DNA of 64,000 nt from Alphaproteobacteria bacterium (lineage in GTDB: Bacteria > Pseudomonadota > Alphaproteobacteria > SP197). Positions 1 to 10,687 of the stretch are shown piece by piece. The DNA lies in contig OZ245842.1 in the NCBI GenBank assembly GCA_965228895.1, forward strand, positions 2,191,072-2,255,071. Direction: 5' to 3'. The position numbers and the translations under genes were made by a program. A model generated the notes under the pieces. That model made no database searches. It worked only from the letters and a program-made list of their open reading frames with translations, and was not told the DNA's origin. How positions within the stretch are numbered: position 1 is the stretch's first letter; the number at the start of each line of letters is the position of its first letter.

Positions 1-1
1 G

Positions 2-286
2 TGCGAGGCGATCTGTCCGGCCCAGGCGATCACCATCGAGGCCGAACCGCGCGATGACGGCAGCCGGCGCACGACCCGCTATGACATCGACATGACCAAG
101 TGCATCTATTGCGGTTTCTGCGAGGAAGCCTGTCCGGTCGATGCCATTGTCGAGGGTCCCAATTTCGAATACGCGACGGAAACGCGCGAAGAACTGTTCT
201 ATGACAAGCAGAAGCTGCTCGATAACGGCGACCGCTGGGAACAGGAAATCGCCGCCCGTCTCGCCGCCGACGCACCCTATCGGTAA
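2..286 (+). CDS. nuoI: NADH-quinone oxidoreductase subunit I, 3' portion (5' end lies outside the window)
   Basis: Reading from base 2 in frame gives [52 protein letters not shown], containing the second 4Fe-4S ferredoxin CxxCxxCxxxCP motif. It is followed by nuoJ-N. Confidence 0.9.
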   Translation, partial: CEAICPAQAITIEAEPRDDGSRRTTRYDIDMTKCIYCGFCEEACPVDAIVEGPNFEYATETREELFYDKQKLLDNGDRWEQEIAARLAADAPYR

Positions 287-310
287 CCGGGGCGCGAGGG
301 GGCACCAGCT

Positions 311-922
311 ATGATCATCCAGACCTTGGCGTTCTATGTCTTCGCCGCGATTACGGTCGCCTCGGCTGTCATGGTGATTTCGGCGCGCAATCCCGTTCAC
401 TCCGTCCTGTTCTTGATCCTGGCCTTCTTCAACTCTGCCGGTCTCTTCGTTCTGCTGGGCGCGGAGTTCCTGGCGATGGTGCTGGTCGTTGTCTATGTCG
501 GCGCGGTCGCGGTGCTGTTCCTGTTCGTCGTCATGATGCTCGACATCAACATCACCGAGATGCGCCAGGGTTTCCTGCAATACCTGCCCATTGGTGGTCT
601 CATAGGACTGATCCTGCTGGTCGAGCTGATCCTGGTCGGCGGTGGCTGGGTGCTGCATCCCGAGCTGTTCGGCGCGGCACAGGCGCCGACGCCCCATCCG
701 GCGATACGCTCCAACACCGCGGCGATCGGCGATCTGATGTACACCCGCTACGTCTTCCTGTTCCAAGGCGCCGGCATGGTTCTGCTGATCGCGATGATCG
801 GCGCCATCGTTCTGACCCTGCGCCACCGCGCCGTTCGCCGTCAGGTCATCCGCGACCAGGTCGCGCGCCGCCCGGAAGATGTGGTCGAGGTCCGCAAGGT
901 TCGGCCGGGGGAGGGCATCTGA
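311..922 (+). CDS. nuoJ: NADH-quinone oxidoreductase subunit J
   Basis: 203 aa hydrophobic protein with N-terminus [48 protein letters not shown], typical of NuoJ. A GAGGGGG ribosome-binding site lies upstream. It sits in nuo operon order. Confidence 0.9.
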   Translation: MIIQTLAFYVFAAITVASAVMVISARNPVHSVLFLILAFFNSAGLFVLLGAEFLAMVLVVVYVGAVAVLFLFVVMMLDINITEMRQGFLQYLPIGGLIGLILLVELILVGGGWVLHPELFGAAQAPTPHPAIRSNTAAIGDLMYTRYVFLFQGAGMVLLIAMIGAIVLTLRHRAVRRQVIRDQVARRPEDVVEVRKVRPGEGI

Positions 923-923
923 C

Positions 924-1232
924 ATGGAAATCGGTCTGGCCCATTACCTCACCGTCGGCGCGATCCTGTTTACGCTGGGCATCCTCGGCATCTTCCTGAA
1001 CCGCAAGAACGTCATCATCATCTTGATGTCGGTCGAGCTGATGCTGCTTGCCGTCAACATCAACCTGGTGGCGTTTTCGGCCGAACTCGGTGATCTGGTT
1101 GGCCAGGTCTTCGCCATGCTCGTCTTGACCGTCGCGGCGGCGGAGGCCGCCATTGGCCTTGCCATTCTGGTCGTCTATTTCCGCAACCGCGGTTCGATCG
1201 CGGTTGAGGATATCAACATGATGAAGGGCTGA
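924..1232 (+). CDS. nuoK: NADH-quinone oxidoreductase subunit K
   Basis: Internal ATG one nt after the nuoJ stop. The 102 aa product [52 protein letters not shown] is the classic NuoK sequence. The track ORF was trimmed from 879. Confidence 0.9.
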   Translation: MEIGLAHYLTVGAILFTLGILGIFLNRKNVIIILMSVELMLLAVNINLVAFSAELGDLVGQVFAMLVLTVAAAEAAIGLAILVVYFRNRGSIAVEDINMMKG

Positions 1233-1235
1233 CCG

Positions 1236-3167
1236 TTGCACGCCGCTATCGTCTTTCTGCCCTTGATCGGCGCCATCCTGTCGGGCTTCTCCGGCCGGCA
1301 GCTTGGCCCCAAATGGGCGCCGATCGTGACCTGCGTTTTGATGGTCGCATGCTGCGCGCTGGCCTGGATCGTCTTCTTCGACATCACCGTGGCCGGCAAC
1401 GTGCGCGAGGTCCAGCTCTTCACCTGGATCGATTCCGGCGCGTTCGAGGTCGATTGGGCACTCTATTTCGACCAGGTGACGGCGGTGATGCTGGTCGTCG
1501 TGACGACGGTCTCCATGGTCGTCCACATCTATTCGATCGGCTATATGGAGCACGATCCGCACCGTCAGCGGTTCTTCGCCTACCTGTCGCTCTTCACGTT
1601 CTCCATGCTGATGCTGGTGACCGCCGACAACTTCGTGCAGCTGTTCTTCGGCTGGGAAGGCGTCGGGCTGTGCAGCTATCTCTTGATCGGCTTCTGGTAC
1701 AAGAAACCCACGGCCAACGCCGCGGCGATCAAGGCCTTTGTCGTCAACCGGGTCGGCGATTTCGGTTTTGCGCTCGGCATCATGGGCGTTTTCCTGGTCT
1801 TCAACGCCGTCTCGTTCGACGCGGTGTTCAACGCAACGCCTGACGTTGCCGGTTCGACGTTCACCTTCCTGAACTGGGAAGTCGATACGCTGACGACGCT
1901 GTGTCTGCTGCTGTTTGTCGGCGCCATGGGCAAGTCGGCACAGGTGCCGCTGCACACCTGGCTGCCGGACGCCATGGAAGGTCCGACCCCGGTTTCGGCG
2001 CTGATCCATGCCGCCACCATGGTGACCGCCGGCGTCTTCATGGTGGTGCGCCTGTCGCCGATGTTCGAATACGCACCCTATGCGCTGATGTTCGTTGCTT
2101 TCATAGGGGCGACGACGGCGTTCTTCGCCGCCACCATCGGCATTGCGCAGAACGATATCAAACGGGTCATCGCCTATTCGACGTGCAGCCAGCTCGGTTA
2201 CATGTTCTTTGCCTGTGGCGTCGGCGCCTATGCCGCCGCGCTCTTCCATCTGGCGATGCACGCCTGCTTCAAGGCGCTGCTGTTCCTGGGCTCCGGCCAG
2301 GTCATTCACGCCATGCATGACGAGCAGGACATGCGGCGCATGGGTGGGCTGTGGCGCAAGATACCAATCACCTATAGCTATATGTGGATCGGCAGTCTGG
2401 CGCTTGCCGGCATACCGTTCTTCGCCGGTTACTTTTCCAAGGACCTGATCATCGAGTCCGCCTTTGCCGCCCACACCAACATGGGGCTCTATGCCTATTG
2501 GATGGGTGTCGGCGGGGCGATCCTGACCGCGCTCTATTCCTGGCGTCTGATCTTCATGACCTTCCACGGCCGCCCGCGCATGTCCAAGGAGACCGAGGAC
2601 CATGTGCACGAGGCGCCCAAGGTCATGTGGATGCCGCTGCTGATCCTGGTGCTGGGTTCGGTGTTCGGCGGTTTCGGCTTCCTGGGCGGCGTCATGGTCG
2701 CCGATGGCGGCGCGCCGTTCTTCGGCGATTCCATCCTGGTGCTCGGCGACAACGTCATAGAGGAGGCTCACTACATTCCGTCATGGGCCATCTTCACGCC
2801 GCTGGTCGGCGCACTGCTCGGTATCGCGGCGGCTTTCGTCTGCTACATCTGGCGGCCGGCATGGCCGGGTCTCATCGCCAGCATGGGTCGGCCGATCTAT
2901 CTGCTGCTGCTCAACAAGTACTACGTTGACGAACTCTACGATTGGATGTTCGTGCGTCCGGCCAAGCGTCTCGGCAGAGGTTTGTGGAAGGCGATCGACG
3001 GTCAGGTCATCGACGGGTTGGGCCCGGACGGCATCGCGGCGGCGACGCTGGATCTCGCCAGGAAGGCCAAGGTGCTGCAGTCCGGTTACGTCTACCACTA
3101 TGCCTTTGCCATGCTGATCGGCGTCGCCATCGTCGTCACGTGGTTCCTGTTCAGGACCGTGGGTTAG
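1236..3167 (+). CDS. nuoL: NADH-quinone oxidoreductase subunit L
   Basis: 643 aa antiporter-like subunit with TTG start. Carries the motifs WLPDAMEGPTPVSALIHAATMVTAGV and position-appropriate conserved residues. Confidence 0.95.
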   Translation: MHAAIVFLPLIGAILSGFSGRQLGPKWAPIVTCVLMVACCALAWIVFFDITVAGNVREVQLFTWIDSGAFEVDWALYFDQVTAVMLVVVTTVSMVVHIYSIGYMEHDPHRQRFFAYLSLFTFSMLMLVTADNFVQLFFGWEGVGLCSYLLIGFWYKKPTANAAAIKAFVVNRVGDFGFALGIMGVFLVFNAVSFDAVFNATPDVAGSTFTFLNWEVDTLTTLCLLLFVGAMGKSAQVPLHTWLPDAMEGPTPVSALIHAATMVTAGVFMVVRLSPMFEYAPYALMFVAFIGATTAFFAATIGIAQNDIKRVIAYSTCSQLGYMFFACGVGAYAAALFHLAMHACFKALLFLGSGQVIHAMHDEQDMRRMGGLWRKIPITYSYMWIGSLALAGIPFFAGYFSKDLIIESAFAAHTNMGLYAYWMGVGGAILTALYSWRLIFMTFHGRPRMSKETEDHVHEAPKVMWMPLLILVLGSVFGGFGFLGGVMVADGGAPFFGDSILVLGDNVIEEAHYIPSWAIFTPLVGALLGIAAAFVCYIWRPAWPGLIASMGRPIYLLLLNKYYVDELYDWMFVRPAKRLGRGLWKAIDGQVIDGLGPDGIAAATLDLARKAKVLQSGYVYHYAFAMLIGVAIVVTWFLFRTVG

Positions 3168-3179
3168 GGGTGGTTCGGT

Positions 3180-4688
3180 ATGGCTGACTGGCCCCTTTTA
3201 ACCCTGGCGATTGTGCTGCCCCTGATCGGGGCGGCGTTTATCCTCGCCATCCGTGGCGACGACGAAGAGGTGGTGAACCGCAATGCGCGTTATGTCGCGC
3301 TGTGGACATCGCTGTTGACGCTGATCGTCACCGTCGTGATCTGGGTCCTGTTCGATCCCTCGACCCATGAGTTCCAGTTCGTCGAGCAGGCGCCTTGGAT
3401 CCCGGCCTATGGCATCCAGTACTACCTGGGTATCGACGGCATCTCGCTCTTCCTGATCGTCTTGTCGGCGTTCTTAACCCCGGTCTGCATCCTGTGCAGC
3501 TGGGACTCGGTCAAGGTCAGGGTCAAGGAATACATGATCGCGTTCCTGGTCATGGAAACGCTGATGATCGGCGTTTTTTGTGCGCTCGACTTCGTGCTCT
3601 TCTACCTCTTCTTCGAAGCCATGCTGATCCCGATGTTCCTGATCATCGGTGTCTGGGGCGGGCCGCGGCGCATCTATTCGGCCTTCAAGTTCTTCCTCTA
3701 TACGCTGGTCGGCTCGGTACTGCTCTTGATCGCTTTGTTGGTCATGTATTTCGAGACCGGCACGACCAACATCCCGGATCTGATGAACGCGGGCTTCGAT
3801 GCCGATCTGCAGCGTTGGCTGTGGATCGCCATGTTTGCGTCCTTCGCGGTCAAGGTGCCGATGTGGCCGGTCCACACGTGGCTGCCCGACGCCCATGTCG
3901 AGGCGCCGACCGCCGGGTCGGTCATCCTGGCCGGCGTGCTCCTGAAAATGGGCGCTTACGGCTATCTGCGCTTCTCGCTTCCCATGCTGCCGGACGCGTC
4001 GGCTTATTTCGCGCCCTTCATCTTTGTCCTCAGCATCATCGCGATCATCTACACGTCCCTGGTTGCGCTGATGCAGGAGGATATGAAGAAGCTGATCGCC
4101 TATTCGTCGGTCGCCCATATGGGATTTGTGACCGCCGGCATCTTCACCATGAATCAGCAGGGCCTGGAAGGCGGCATCTTCCAGATGCTGAGCCACGGCG
4201 TCGTTTCGGCCGCGCTCTTCCTGTGTGTCGGCGTGGTCTATGACCGCATGCACACCCGCTTGATCGACCGCTATGGCGGGCTGGTCAACCGCATGCCGAA
4301 ATACGCCTTCATCTTTATGGTCTTCATGCTGGCGTCGGTCGGCCTGCCGGGGACGTCGGGTTTCATCGGCGAGTTCCTGATCCTGGTCGGCACCTTCGAG
4401 GCTAACACCTGGGTCGCGCTGTTCGCCACCACAGGCATCATCCTGGGCGCGACCTACATGCTGTGGCTGTATCGCCGTGTCGTCTTCGGTGAGATGGTCC
4501 GCGAGGACCTGCGCGACATCATGGATTGCAACCGGCGCGAACTGCTTTACTTCGTGCCGCTGATCATCGTGGTCCTGGTCATGGGCATTTATCCCGATGC
4601 GTTCCTGTCGGCCATGCACGCGTCTGTCGAGCACCTGGTCAATCAGACCCAGGGCACGGTTTCGGTCGCCCAAGTGGCGGCGAATTAG
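3180..4688 (+). CDS. nuoM: NADH-quinone oxidoreductase subunit M
   Basis: 502 aa protein with WLPDAHVEAPTAGSVILAGVLLKMGAYG motif, in operon order. Confidence 0.95.
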   Translation: MADWPLLTLAIVLPLIGAAFILAIRGDDEEVVNRNARYVALWTSLLTLIVTVVIWVLFDPSTHEFQFVEQAPWIPAYGIQYYLGIDGISLFLIVLSAFLTPVCILCSWDSVKVRVKEYMIAFLVMETLMIGVFCALDFVLFYLFFEAMLIPMFLIIGVWGGPRRIYSAFKFFLYTLVGSVLLLIALLVMYFETGTTNIPDLMNAGFDADLQRWLWIAMFASFAVKVPMWPVHTWLPDAHVEAPTAGSVILAGVLLKMGAYGYLRFSLPMLPDASAYFAPFIFVLSIIAIIYTSLVALMQEDMKKLIAYSSVAHMGFVTAGIFTMNQQGLEGGIFQMLSHGVVSAALFLCVGVVYDRMHTRLIDRYGGLVNRMPKYAFIFMVFMLASVGLPGTSGFIGEFLILVGTFEANTWVALFATTGIILGATYMLWLYRRVVFGEMVREDLRDIMDCNRRELLYFVPLIIVVLVMGIYPDAFLSAMHASVEHLVNQTQGTVSVAQVAAN

Positions 4689-4697
4689 GGGCGGGCG

Positions 4698-6185
4698 ATG
4701 AGTGAATTGGCAACCAACGACGTCATCCAGGTCCTGCCCGAGCTGTGGTTCGCGGTAGTCGCGATGGCGCTTTTGATGGTCGGCGCCTTCGCCGGCAACG
4801 GGGCGACGCGCCTGATCATGGTCCTGACCGTGGTCGCGTTCGTTGCGGCGGGTTTCCTGGTCGGTGTCGTGCCCGGACCGGACCAGGCGTTCGGCGGGTT
4901 GATCATCAACGACGATTTCTCCGTCTTCATGAAGATCCTGGTTTTGATCGGCGGTGCCCTGACCCTCATTTTGAGTCTGGGATACCTGCGCCGTGAAGGC
5001 ATCGAGCGTTTCGAGTATCCGATCCTGATCATGCTGGCGACGCTCGGCATGTTCATCATGATTTCGGCCAACGACTTCATGTCGCTTTATGTCGGCCTGG
5101 AGATGCAGAGCTTGGCGCTCTACGTCTGCGCGGCGTTCCAGCGTGACAGCCTGCGCTCGTCGGAGGCCGGCTTGAAGTATTTCGTCTTGGGCGCGGTCGC
5201 CTCCGGCATGCTGCTTTATGGCTGCTCGATGGTCTATGGCTTCTCCGGCACCACGTCGTTCGATGAGTTGGCTGGCTTGCTTGACGGTATGCCGCCGGAA
5301 GAGATCTCCATCGGCCTGATCGTCGGCCTGGTCTTCATTGCGGCCGGTCTGGCGTTCAAGGTTTCCGCCGTGCCGTTCCACATGTGGACGCCGGACGTCT
5401 ATGAAGGCGCGCCGACACCTGTCACGGCCTTCTTTGCGGTGGCGCCGAAGATTGCCGCGATCGCGTTGCTGCTCCGGGTCATGATGGGTCCGTTCGAAGC
5501 GCTGTTCGACCAGTGGCAGCAAATCGTCTTCCTGCTCGCGGTCGCTTCAATGCTGCTGGGTGCGTTCGGTGCCATCGGCCAGCGCAACATCAAGCGGCTG
5601 ATGGCCTATAGCTCGATCGGCCATGTCGGCTATGCACTGGTTGGTTTGGCGGCGGGCACGCAGGCCGGTATCAACGGCGTCGTCATCTATATGGCGATCT
5701 ACCTGGCCATGGGGGCGGGTACGTGGGGTTGCATCCTGGCCATGCGCCGCCAGGACACCATGGTCGAGAGCATCGATGACCTCGCGGGCCTATCGACCAA
5801 CAACCCCTCCATGGCGCTTGCCATCGCGATCTTCATGTTTTCGATGGCCGGTATTCCGCCGCTCGCCGGTTTCTTCGGCAAGTTCTACGTCTTCATGGCG
5901 GCGGTCGATGCCGGGCTCTACACGCTGGCTGTGGTTGGCGTGCTGACCAGCGTGATCGGCGCGTTCTACTATCTGCGTGTCATCAAGATCATGTACTTCG
6001 ATGATCCCGCCGAAAAGTTCGATGCCCCGGCTGGGCGTGAGATCTCCTATGTTGTCGCGATCACCGCGGCGTTCACGGCGCTTTTCTTCCTCTATACCGG
6101 TCCGCTTCTGTCGGGCGCCGATGCTGCGGCGTCGGCCTTGATGCCCGCGGCCGGTGATGCGGTGCAGGCGGCGCTTCTGCCGTGA
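4698..6185 (+). CDS. nuoN: NADH-quinone oxidoreductase subunit N
   Basis: 495 aa protein with [18 protein letters not shown] motif. It is the last nuo gene, and its stop overlaps the birA start. Confidence 0.95.
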   Translation: MSELATNDVIQVLPELWFAVVAMALLMVGAFAGNGATRLIMVLTVVAFVAAGFLVGVVPGPDQAFGGLIINDDFSVFMKILVLIGGALTLILSLGYLRREGIERFEYPILIMLATLGMFIMISANDFMSLYVGLEMQSLALYVCAAFQRDSLRSSEAGLKYFVLGAVASGMLLYGCSMVYGFSGTTSFDELAGLLDGMPPEEISIGLIVGLVFIAAGLAFKVSAVPFHMWTPDVYEGAPTPVTAFFAVAPKIAAIALLLRVMMGPFEALFDQWQQIVFLLAVASMLLGAFGAIGQRNIKRLMAYSSIGHVGYALVGLAAGTQAGINGVVIYMAIYLAMGAGTWGCILAMRRQDTMVESIDDLAGLSTNNPSMALAIAIFMFSMAGIPPLAGFFGKFYVFMAAVDAGLYTLAVVGVLTSVIGAFYYLRVIKIMYFDDPAEKFDAPAGREISYVVAITAAFTALFFLYTGPLLSGADAAASALMPAAGDAVQAALLP

Positions 6186-6937
6186 CGATCAGACTGCCGG
6201 CCGGCTTTTCGCTGGTCGACCTTGAGACCACCACCAGCACCAACGACGAAGCTCTGCGTCGCGCGCGTGAAGGTGCGCCCGAAGGCACGCTGGTCCTGGC
6301 GCGTCGGCAAACGGCAGGCCGTGGTCGGCGTGGGCGAGCCTATGTCTCGCCGCCCGGCAACCTCTTCGCCTCTTTGATTCTGCGGCCTGCCATGGCGCCC
6401 GATCTGGCGGCGCTGTCGGGTTTTGCCGCGTCACTCGCGATCGCCGAGACGATGGATGCGTTGGCGCCCAACCTACCGGCCGCAACTTGCAAATGGCCGA
6501 ACGACGTACTGGTTGACGGCAAGAAGGTCGGTGCGATTTTGATCGAGGCATCCTCGACGCACGGGGTTGTTGATTCACTTGTCGTGGGCATCGGGATCAA
6601 CCTGGTCGCCCATCCCGAGATTGCCGACTATCCCGCCGGCGACCTTGCCGATCTCGGCGCGCCCGGCCTGACGCCCGATCGGTTTCTGGAGCGCCTTGCC
6701 GCCCACCTTGATCGCTGGCTCAAGGTGTGGCGTCAGGACGGCATGGCAGGGCTGCGCGAAGCGTGGCTGGCGCGCGCTGCCGGGCTGGGCAAACCGATCG
6801 AGGTGCGGTTGGAAAACACCAGCTTCTGCGGGCAATTTCGCGATCTCGATAGCGACGGCGCGCTCCTGTTGGACATGGAGGGCGGGGAATGCCGTAAGGT
6901 GACGGCAGGCGCGGTGTTCTTTCCGGAGGCGGCGTGA
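6182..6937 (+). CDS. birA: Biotin--[acetyl-CoA-carboxylase] ligase, group I (no N-terminal DNA-binding domain)
   Basis: 251 aa. GRGRRGRAY biotin-binding loop and [19 protein letters not shown] motif are present. GTG start overlaps the nuoN stop. Confidence 0.85.
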   Translation: MTIRLPAGFSLVDLETTTSTNDEALRRAREGAPEGTLVLARRQTAGRGRRGRAYVSPPGNLFASLILRPAMAPDLAALSGFAASLAIAETMDALAPNLPAATCKWPNDVLVDGKKVGAILIEASSTHGVVDSLVVGIGINLVAHPEIADYPAGDLADLGAPGLTPDRFLERLAAHLDRWLKVWRQDGMAGLREAWLARAAGLGKPIEVRLENTSFCGQFRDLDSDGALLLDMEGGECRKVTAGAVFFPEAA

Positions 6938-7722
6938 TGACAGGATTGCTTCTTGCGGTCGACCAAGGCAACTCCAACACGGAGTTTGCCGTGTTCGAGG
7001 GCACCGACATGAAAGGGCACTGGCGGACGTCAACCAAGGTCGAGACGACGGCCGACGAATACGTCGTGTGGCTCACCCAACTGTTCCGTTTGCAGGGCAT
7101 CGACGAAACGGCGATTGATGCCGCGATCATCTCCAGCGTTGTGCCGGGCGGCCTCTTCGAACTGCGCATGCTCTGCCGCAAACACTTCAAGGCCGACCCG
7201 CTGGTTATCGGCGAAGGCGTCGATCTGGGCATCAAGGTGCTGATTGATGAACCCTCCGAGGCCGGTGCCGATCGCCTGGCCAACGCGGTCGGCGGCTATG
7301 TGCGCTTCGGCGGGCCGCTGATCATTGTCGACTTCGGGACCGCGACCAATTTCGACATCATCGACGCGGACGGCAATTTCTGCGGCGGTGTGCTGGCACC
7401 GGGCATTTCTCTGGCGCTCGACGCCATGCACCGTGTCTCCGCGCGGCTGCCCAGGGTCGGTGTCAGGCGGCCGCCCACGGTGATCGGCCGTAACACCGTT
7501 AACTCCATGGAATCAGGCGTCTATTGGGGTTATGTCGGTCTGATTGAAGGCACGGTCACCCGTATTCGTGCGGAGTACGGCGAGCCGATGAAGGTGGTGG
7601 CGACCGGGGGGCTCGGCCCCTTGTTTGATGCGGCCACCGACACCATTGATAGTTATGACCCCGACGTGACCGTACGCGGCCTGTTGGAAATCTATCGACG
7701 GAACAGGCCCGACAACGCCTAG
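6934..7722 (+). CDS. coaX: Type III pantothenate kinase
   Basis: 262 aa beginning [21 protein letters not shown] (the Bvg accessory factor / CoaX N-terminal fold). Conserved position after birA. Start may be GTG 6934 or ATG 6937. Confidence 0.85.
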   Translation: MMTGLLLAVDQGNSNTEFAVFEGTDMKGHWRTSTKVETTADEYVVWLTQLFRLQGIDETAIDAAIISSVVPGGLFELRMLCRKHFKADPLVIGEGVDLGIKVLIDEPSEAGADRLANAVGGYVRFGGPLIIVDFGTATNFDIIDADGNFCGGVLAPGISLALDAMHRVSARLPRVGVRRPPTVIGRNTVNSMESGVYWGYVGLIEGTVTRIRAEYGEPMKVVATGGLGPLFDAATDTIDSYDPDVTVRGLLEIYRRNRPDNA

Positions 7723-7723
7723 C

Positions 7724-9382
7724 ATGACAAAACCCCAAGCGCTCCATTTCCTGCCCCTTGGCGGGGCAGGCGAGATCGGCATGAACCTGAACCTCTATGA
7801 GTACGCGGGTTCGTGGTTGATGTGCGATCTGGGCGTGGCCTTCGCCGGCGATGAACTGCCGGGCATCGATCTTATCATGCCGGATCTATCGTTTATCGCC
7901 GAGCGGCGCGAAAAGCTGATCGGCCTGGTGCTGACACACGCCCATGAGGATCACCTAGGCGCGGTGCCCTATCTGTGGCCGGAGCTGCAATGCCCGGTCT
8001 ATGCGACGCCCTTTGCCGCCGCCCTTCTGCGGCGCAAGCTCGACGAGGGCGCCGAGGGCATCGAGGACCTGGTCATTACCGAAGTGCCGCTGGGCGGCAC
8101 CATCGATCTTGATCCGTTTGAGATCGAATTGATCTCGCTGACGCACTCGATCCCCGAGCCGAATGCGCTCGCGGTCACGACGCCGGCCGGCACGGTGCTG
8201 CATACCGGCGATTGGAAGCTCGACCCCGATCCGTTGGTTGGTGATGCGGCCGACGAAAAGGCGCTTCGTTCGCTGGGTGACGAGGGCGTGCTCGCCATGG
8301 TCTGCGATTCCACCAACGTGTTTCGCCCGGGGACCTCAGGGTCCGAGGCGGAGGTCCGGAAGGGGCTCGATGATCTGGTGGCCGGTCAGACAGGGCGGGT
8401 CGCCATCGCAACCTTCGCCAGCAATCTGGCACGGCTTCTGACCGTCTTCGAGGTCGCCGCCAACAACGGCCGGAGCGTGGCTGTCGTCGGCCGCTCCATG
8501 TGGCGGATATTGGACTGCGCGCGCGAAACCGGTTACCTGCCGCGCGATGTCCATTTCCTCTCCGACCGCGACGCCGTCGACCTGCCGGCCGACAAGGTGC
8601 TTTACCTCACCACCGGCTGCCAGGGCGAGCCCAACGCGGCGCTTTCGCGCATCGCCAACCGGACCCATCCGGTGGTCGAGCTGCAGCGCGGCGATACCGT
8701 GATCTTTTCGTCCAAGATCATCCCGGGCAACGAACGGCCTATCTACGACCTGATCAACCTCATGATCGACTTGGGCATCCAGGTCATCACGGAGAAGGAG
8801 CACTTCGTGCACGTCTCCGGTCACCCCAACCGCGACGAACTGGCGGCCATGTATCAGTGGGTGCGCCCGCAGATCGCCGTGCCGGTTCATGGCGAGGCGC
8901 GGCACCTGCGTGAGCACGCCAAGCTCGCGCGCGAACTGCAGGTGCCCGAGACGGTCACCGTCGCCAACGGTACCATGGTGCGTCTGGCGCCCGGCACGCC
9001 GGAGATCATTGATCACGTCCACCATGGCCGGCTCGCCTGGTCGGGCAACGGCACGGTACCGGTCGACGGCAATATCGTGCGCGAGCGTCGCCGCTTGATG
9101 CATAACGGCGTTGCCTTCGTCACCGTGGTTGTCGACCGGTCTGGCGACCTCGTCGCCGACCCCGTCGTGTCGGCCCATGGTCTGCTGGAAGACGATGACG
9201 AGGAAGAGGCCGTGCTGGATGGCGTGGTCGATGAGGTGATAGACAAGGTCGAAGCGCTGCCGCGTCCGCAACGCCGCGACGATGAGGTGCTGGGGGAGGC
9301 AGTGCGTGTCAGCGCGCGCCGCTTTCTGCGTAACGAGCTGGGCGGACGCCCGGTGGTTGATGTGCAATTGGTGAGAGTCTGA
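7724..9382 (+). CDS. rnj: Ribonuclease J family metallo-beta-lactamase RNA-processing nuclease
   Basis: 552 aa. HAHEDHLGAVPYL (HxHxDH) motif and beta-CASP region are present. Conserved alphaproteobacterial neighbour of coaX. Confidence 0.85.
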   Translation: MTKPQALHFLPLGGAGEIGMNLNLYEYAGSWLMCDLGVAFAGDELPGIDLIMPDLSFIAERREKLIGLVLTHAHEDHLGAVPYLWPELQCPVYATPFAAALLRRKLDEGAEGIEDLVITEVPLGGTIDLDPFEIELISLTHSIPEPNALAVTTPAGTVLHTGDWKLDPDPLVGDAADEKALRSLGDEGVLAMVCDSTNVFRPGTSGSEAEVRKGLDDLVAGQTGRVAIATFASNLARLLTVFEVAANNGRSVAVVGRSMWRILDCARETGYLPRDVHFLSDRDAVDLPADKVLYLTTGCQGEPNAALSRIANRTHPVVELQRGDTVIFSSKIIPGNERPIYDLINLMIDLGIQVITEKEHFVHVSGHPNRDELAAMYQWVRPQIAVPVHGEARHLREHAKLARELQVPETVTVANGTMVRLAPGTPEIIDHVHHGRLAWSGNGTVPVDGNIVRERRRLMHNGVAFVTVVVDRSGDLVADPVVSAHGLLEDDDEEEAVLDGVVDEVIDKVEALPRPQRRDDEVLGEAVRVSARRFLRNELGGRPVVDVQLVRV

Positions 9383-9393
9383 AGGAGACGACA

Positions 9394-9798
9394 ATGATCG
9401 GTCGGCTGAACCATGTGGCGATCGTGGTGCCTGATCTCCAGGCGGCCAGCGCCGTCTACCGCGATACGTTGGGGGCTGAGGTCTCTGAAGCCGTCGATGT
9501 GCCCGAGCACGGCGTGACGACGGTGTTTATCACGCTGCCCAACACCAAGATCGAGTTGTTGAGCCCGCTGGGTGAGGAATCACCTGTTGCTTCGTTTCTG
9601 GAGCGTAACCCGTCGGGCGGCATGCATCATGTCTGCTACGAGGTCGATGACATCATTGCCGCGCGAGATCAGATCGTCGCCGAAGGGGCGCGGGTCATCG
9701 GCGACGGCGAACCCAAGATCGGCGCGCATGGCAAACCGGTGCTGTTCCTGCACCCCAAGGACTTCTGCGGTACGCTGGTCGAGATCGAACAGGTCTGA
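9394..9798 (+). CDS. mce: Methylmalonyl-CoA epimerase (VOC/glyoxalase fold)
   Basis: 134 aa with MIGRLNHVAIVVPDLQAASAVYRDTLGA...MHHVCYEVDDI. AGGAGA ribosome-binding site upstream. Confidence 0.8.
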   Translation: MIGRLNHVAIVVPDLQAASAVYRDTLGAEVSEAVDVPEHGVTTVFITLPNTKIELLSPLGEESPVASFLERNPSGGMHHVCYEVDDIIAARDQIVAEGARVIGDGEPKIGAHGKPVLFLHPKDFCGTLVEIEQV

Positions 9799-9804
9799 GC
9801 GGCG

Positions 9805-10056
9805 ATGGGCCCCTTTGGTCTCATCGTTGTCTATCTGGTCGTCTGGTGGCTTGTCTTCTTCATGTCGCTGCCATTCGGCGTCCGTCACGATCGTGGCGTC
9901 GACGAAGGGCACGACCCCGGTGCGCCGGATAAACCAATGTTGTGGCGCAAGGCCGCCGCGGCCACCGTGATCGCCACCGTTCTGGTCGGCGCCGTCTACC
10001 TAGTCGATGACCTCGAATGGATCGTTTTCAGGGAGTTGATCTACGGTGAGCGCTAG
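9805..10056 (+). CDS. DUF1467 family small membrane protein
   Basis: 83 aa with two TM segments, MGPFGLIVVYLVVWWLVFFMSLPFGV. Conserved partner of mce in alphaproteobacteria. Confidence 0.6.
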   Translation: MGPFGLIVVYLVVWWLVFFMSLPFGVRHDRGVDEGHDPGAPDKPMLWRKAAAATVIATVLVGAVYLVDDLEWIVFRELIYGER

Positions 10057-10609
10057 TTATTGCGCCTATGCGCCGGACAACCCCATCCATGCCAGTTATC
10101 ACGACACGGAGTACGGTTTTCCGGTCGACGACGAACCCGCGCTGTTCGAGCGGTTGGTCTTGGAGATCAACCAGGCCGGCCTGTCGTGGGAGCTGATGTT
10201 GAAAAAGCGCGACGGCTTCCTCGCCGCATACGCCGGGTTCGACGTGGACGCCGTCGCTGCCTTCGGCGACAAGGACCGCGCACGGCTGTTGGCCGATGCC
10301 GGCATCATCCGCAACCGGCTGAAGGTCGAGGCCGCGATCTGGAATGCCCAACAGATCATTGGGCTCAGGAACAGTCATGGCGGCTTTTCGGCCTGGCTCG
10401 AGGCTCACAACCCCCGGCCGCATGACGACTGGACCAAACTGTTCCGGAAGACCTTCAAGTTCACCGGGCCCCTGGTGGTCGAGGAGTTTCTGCTCAGTAC
10501 CGGCTATCTGCCGGGTGCCCACACGACGTCATGCCCTGTTTTTGCCCGGATCAAAGCGTCCAATCCGCCATGGCTTCGCGCCGGTCTTGATCATGAGGAG
10601 CGTGCCTAG
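10046..10609 (+). CDS. tag: DNA-3-methyladenine glycosylase I
   Basis: 187 aa with YHDTEYGFPVDDEPALFERLVLEINQAGLSWELML, the Tag signature. Overlaps the DUF1467 gene by 11 nt. Confidence 0.85.
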   Translation: MSASYCAYAPDNPIHASYHDTEYGFPVDDEPALFERLVLEINQAGLSWELMLKKRDGFLAAYAGFDVDAVAAFGDKDRARLLADAGIIRNRLKVEAAIWNAQQIIGLRNSHGGFSAWLEAHNPRPHDDWTKLFRKTFKFTGPLVVEEFLLSTGYLPGAHTTSCPVFARIKASNPPWLRAGLDHEERA

Positions 10610-10687
10610 GTCTTTTGCGGCCTTGGAATAGATCGACACCTTGCCTAGATTGGCGCCCCGCCGAACGGCCCAGCCACCAGGATCATC

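Noticed and set aside
846-2771. 641-aa minus-strand ORF antisense to nuoL. Similar long antisense ORFs occur at 3474-5522, 13307-15640, 24905-25981, 55756-56985, 57387-58580, 58626-59597, 8336-9394 and 35956-36969.
   Set aside because: Stop-codon-poor antisense frames are expected at ~65% GC. The products are Arg/Gly/Asp/His-rich low-complexity sequences, and each is fully covered by a well-supported conserved gene on the other strand.
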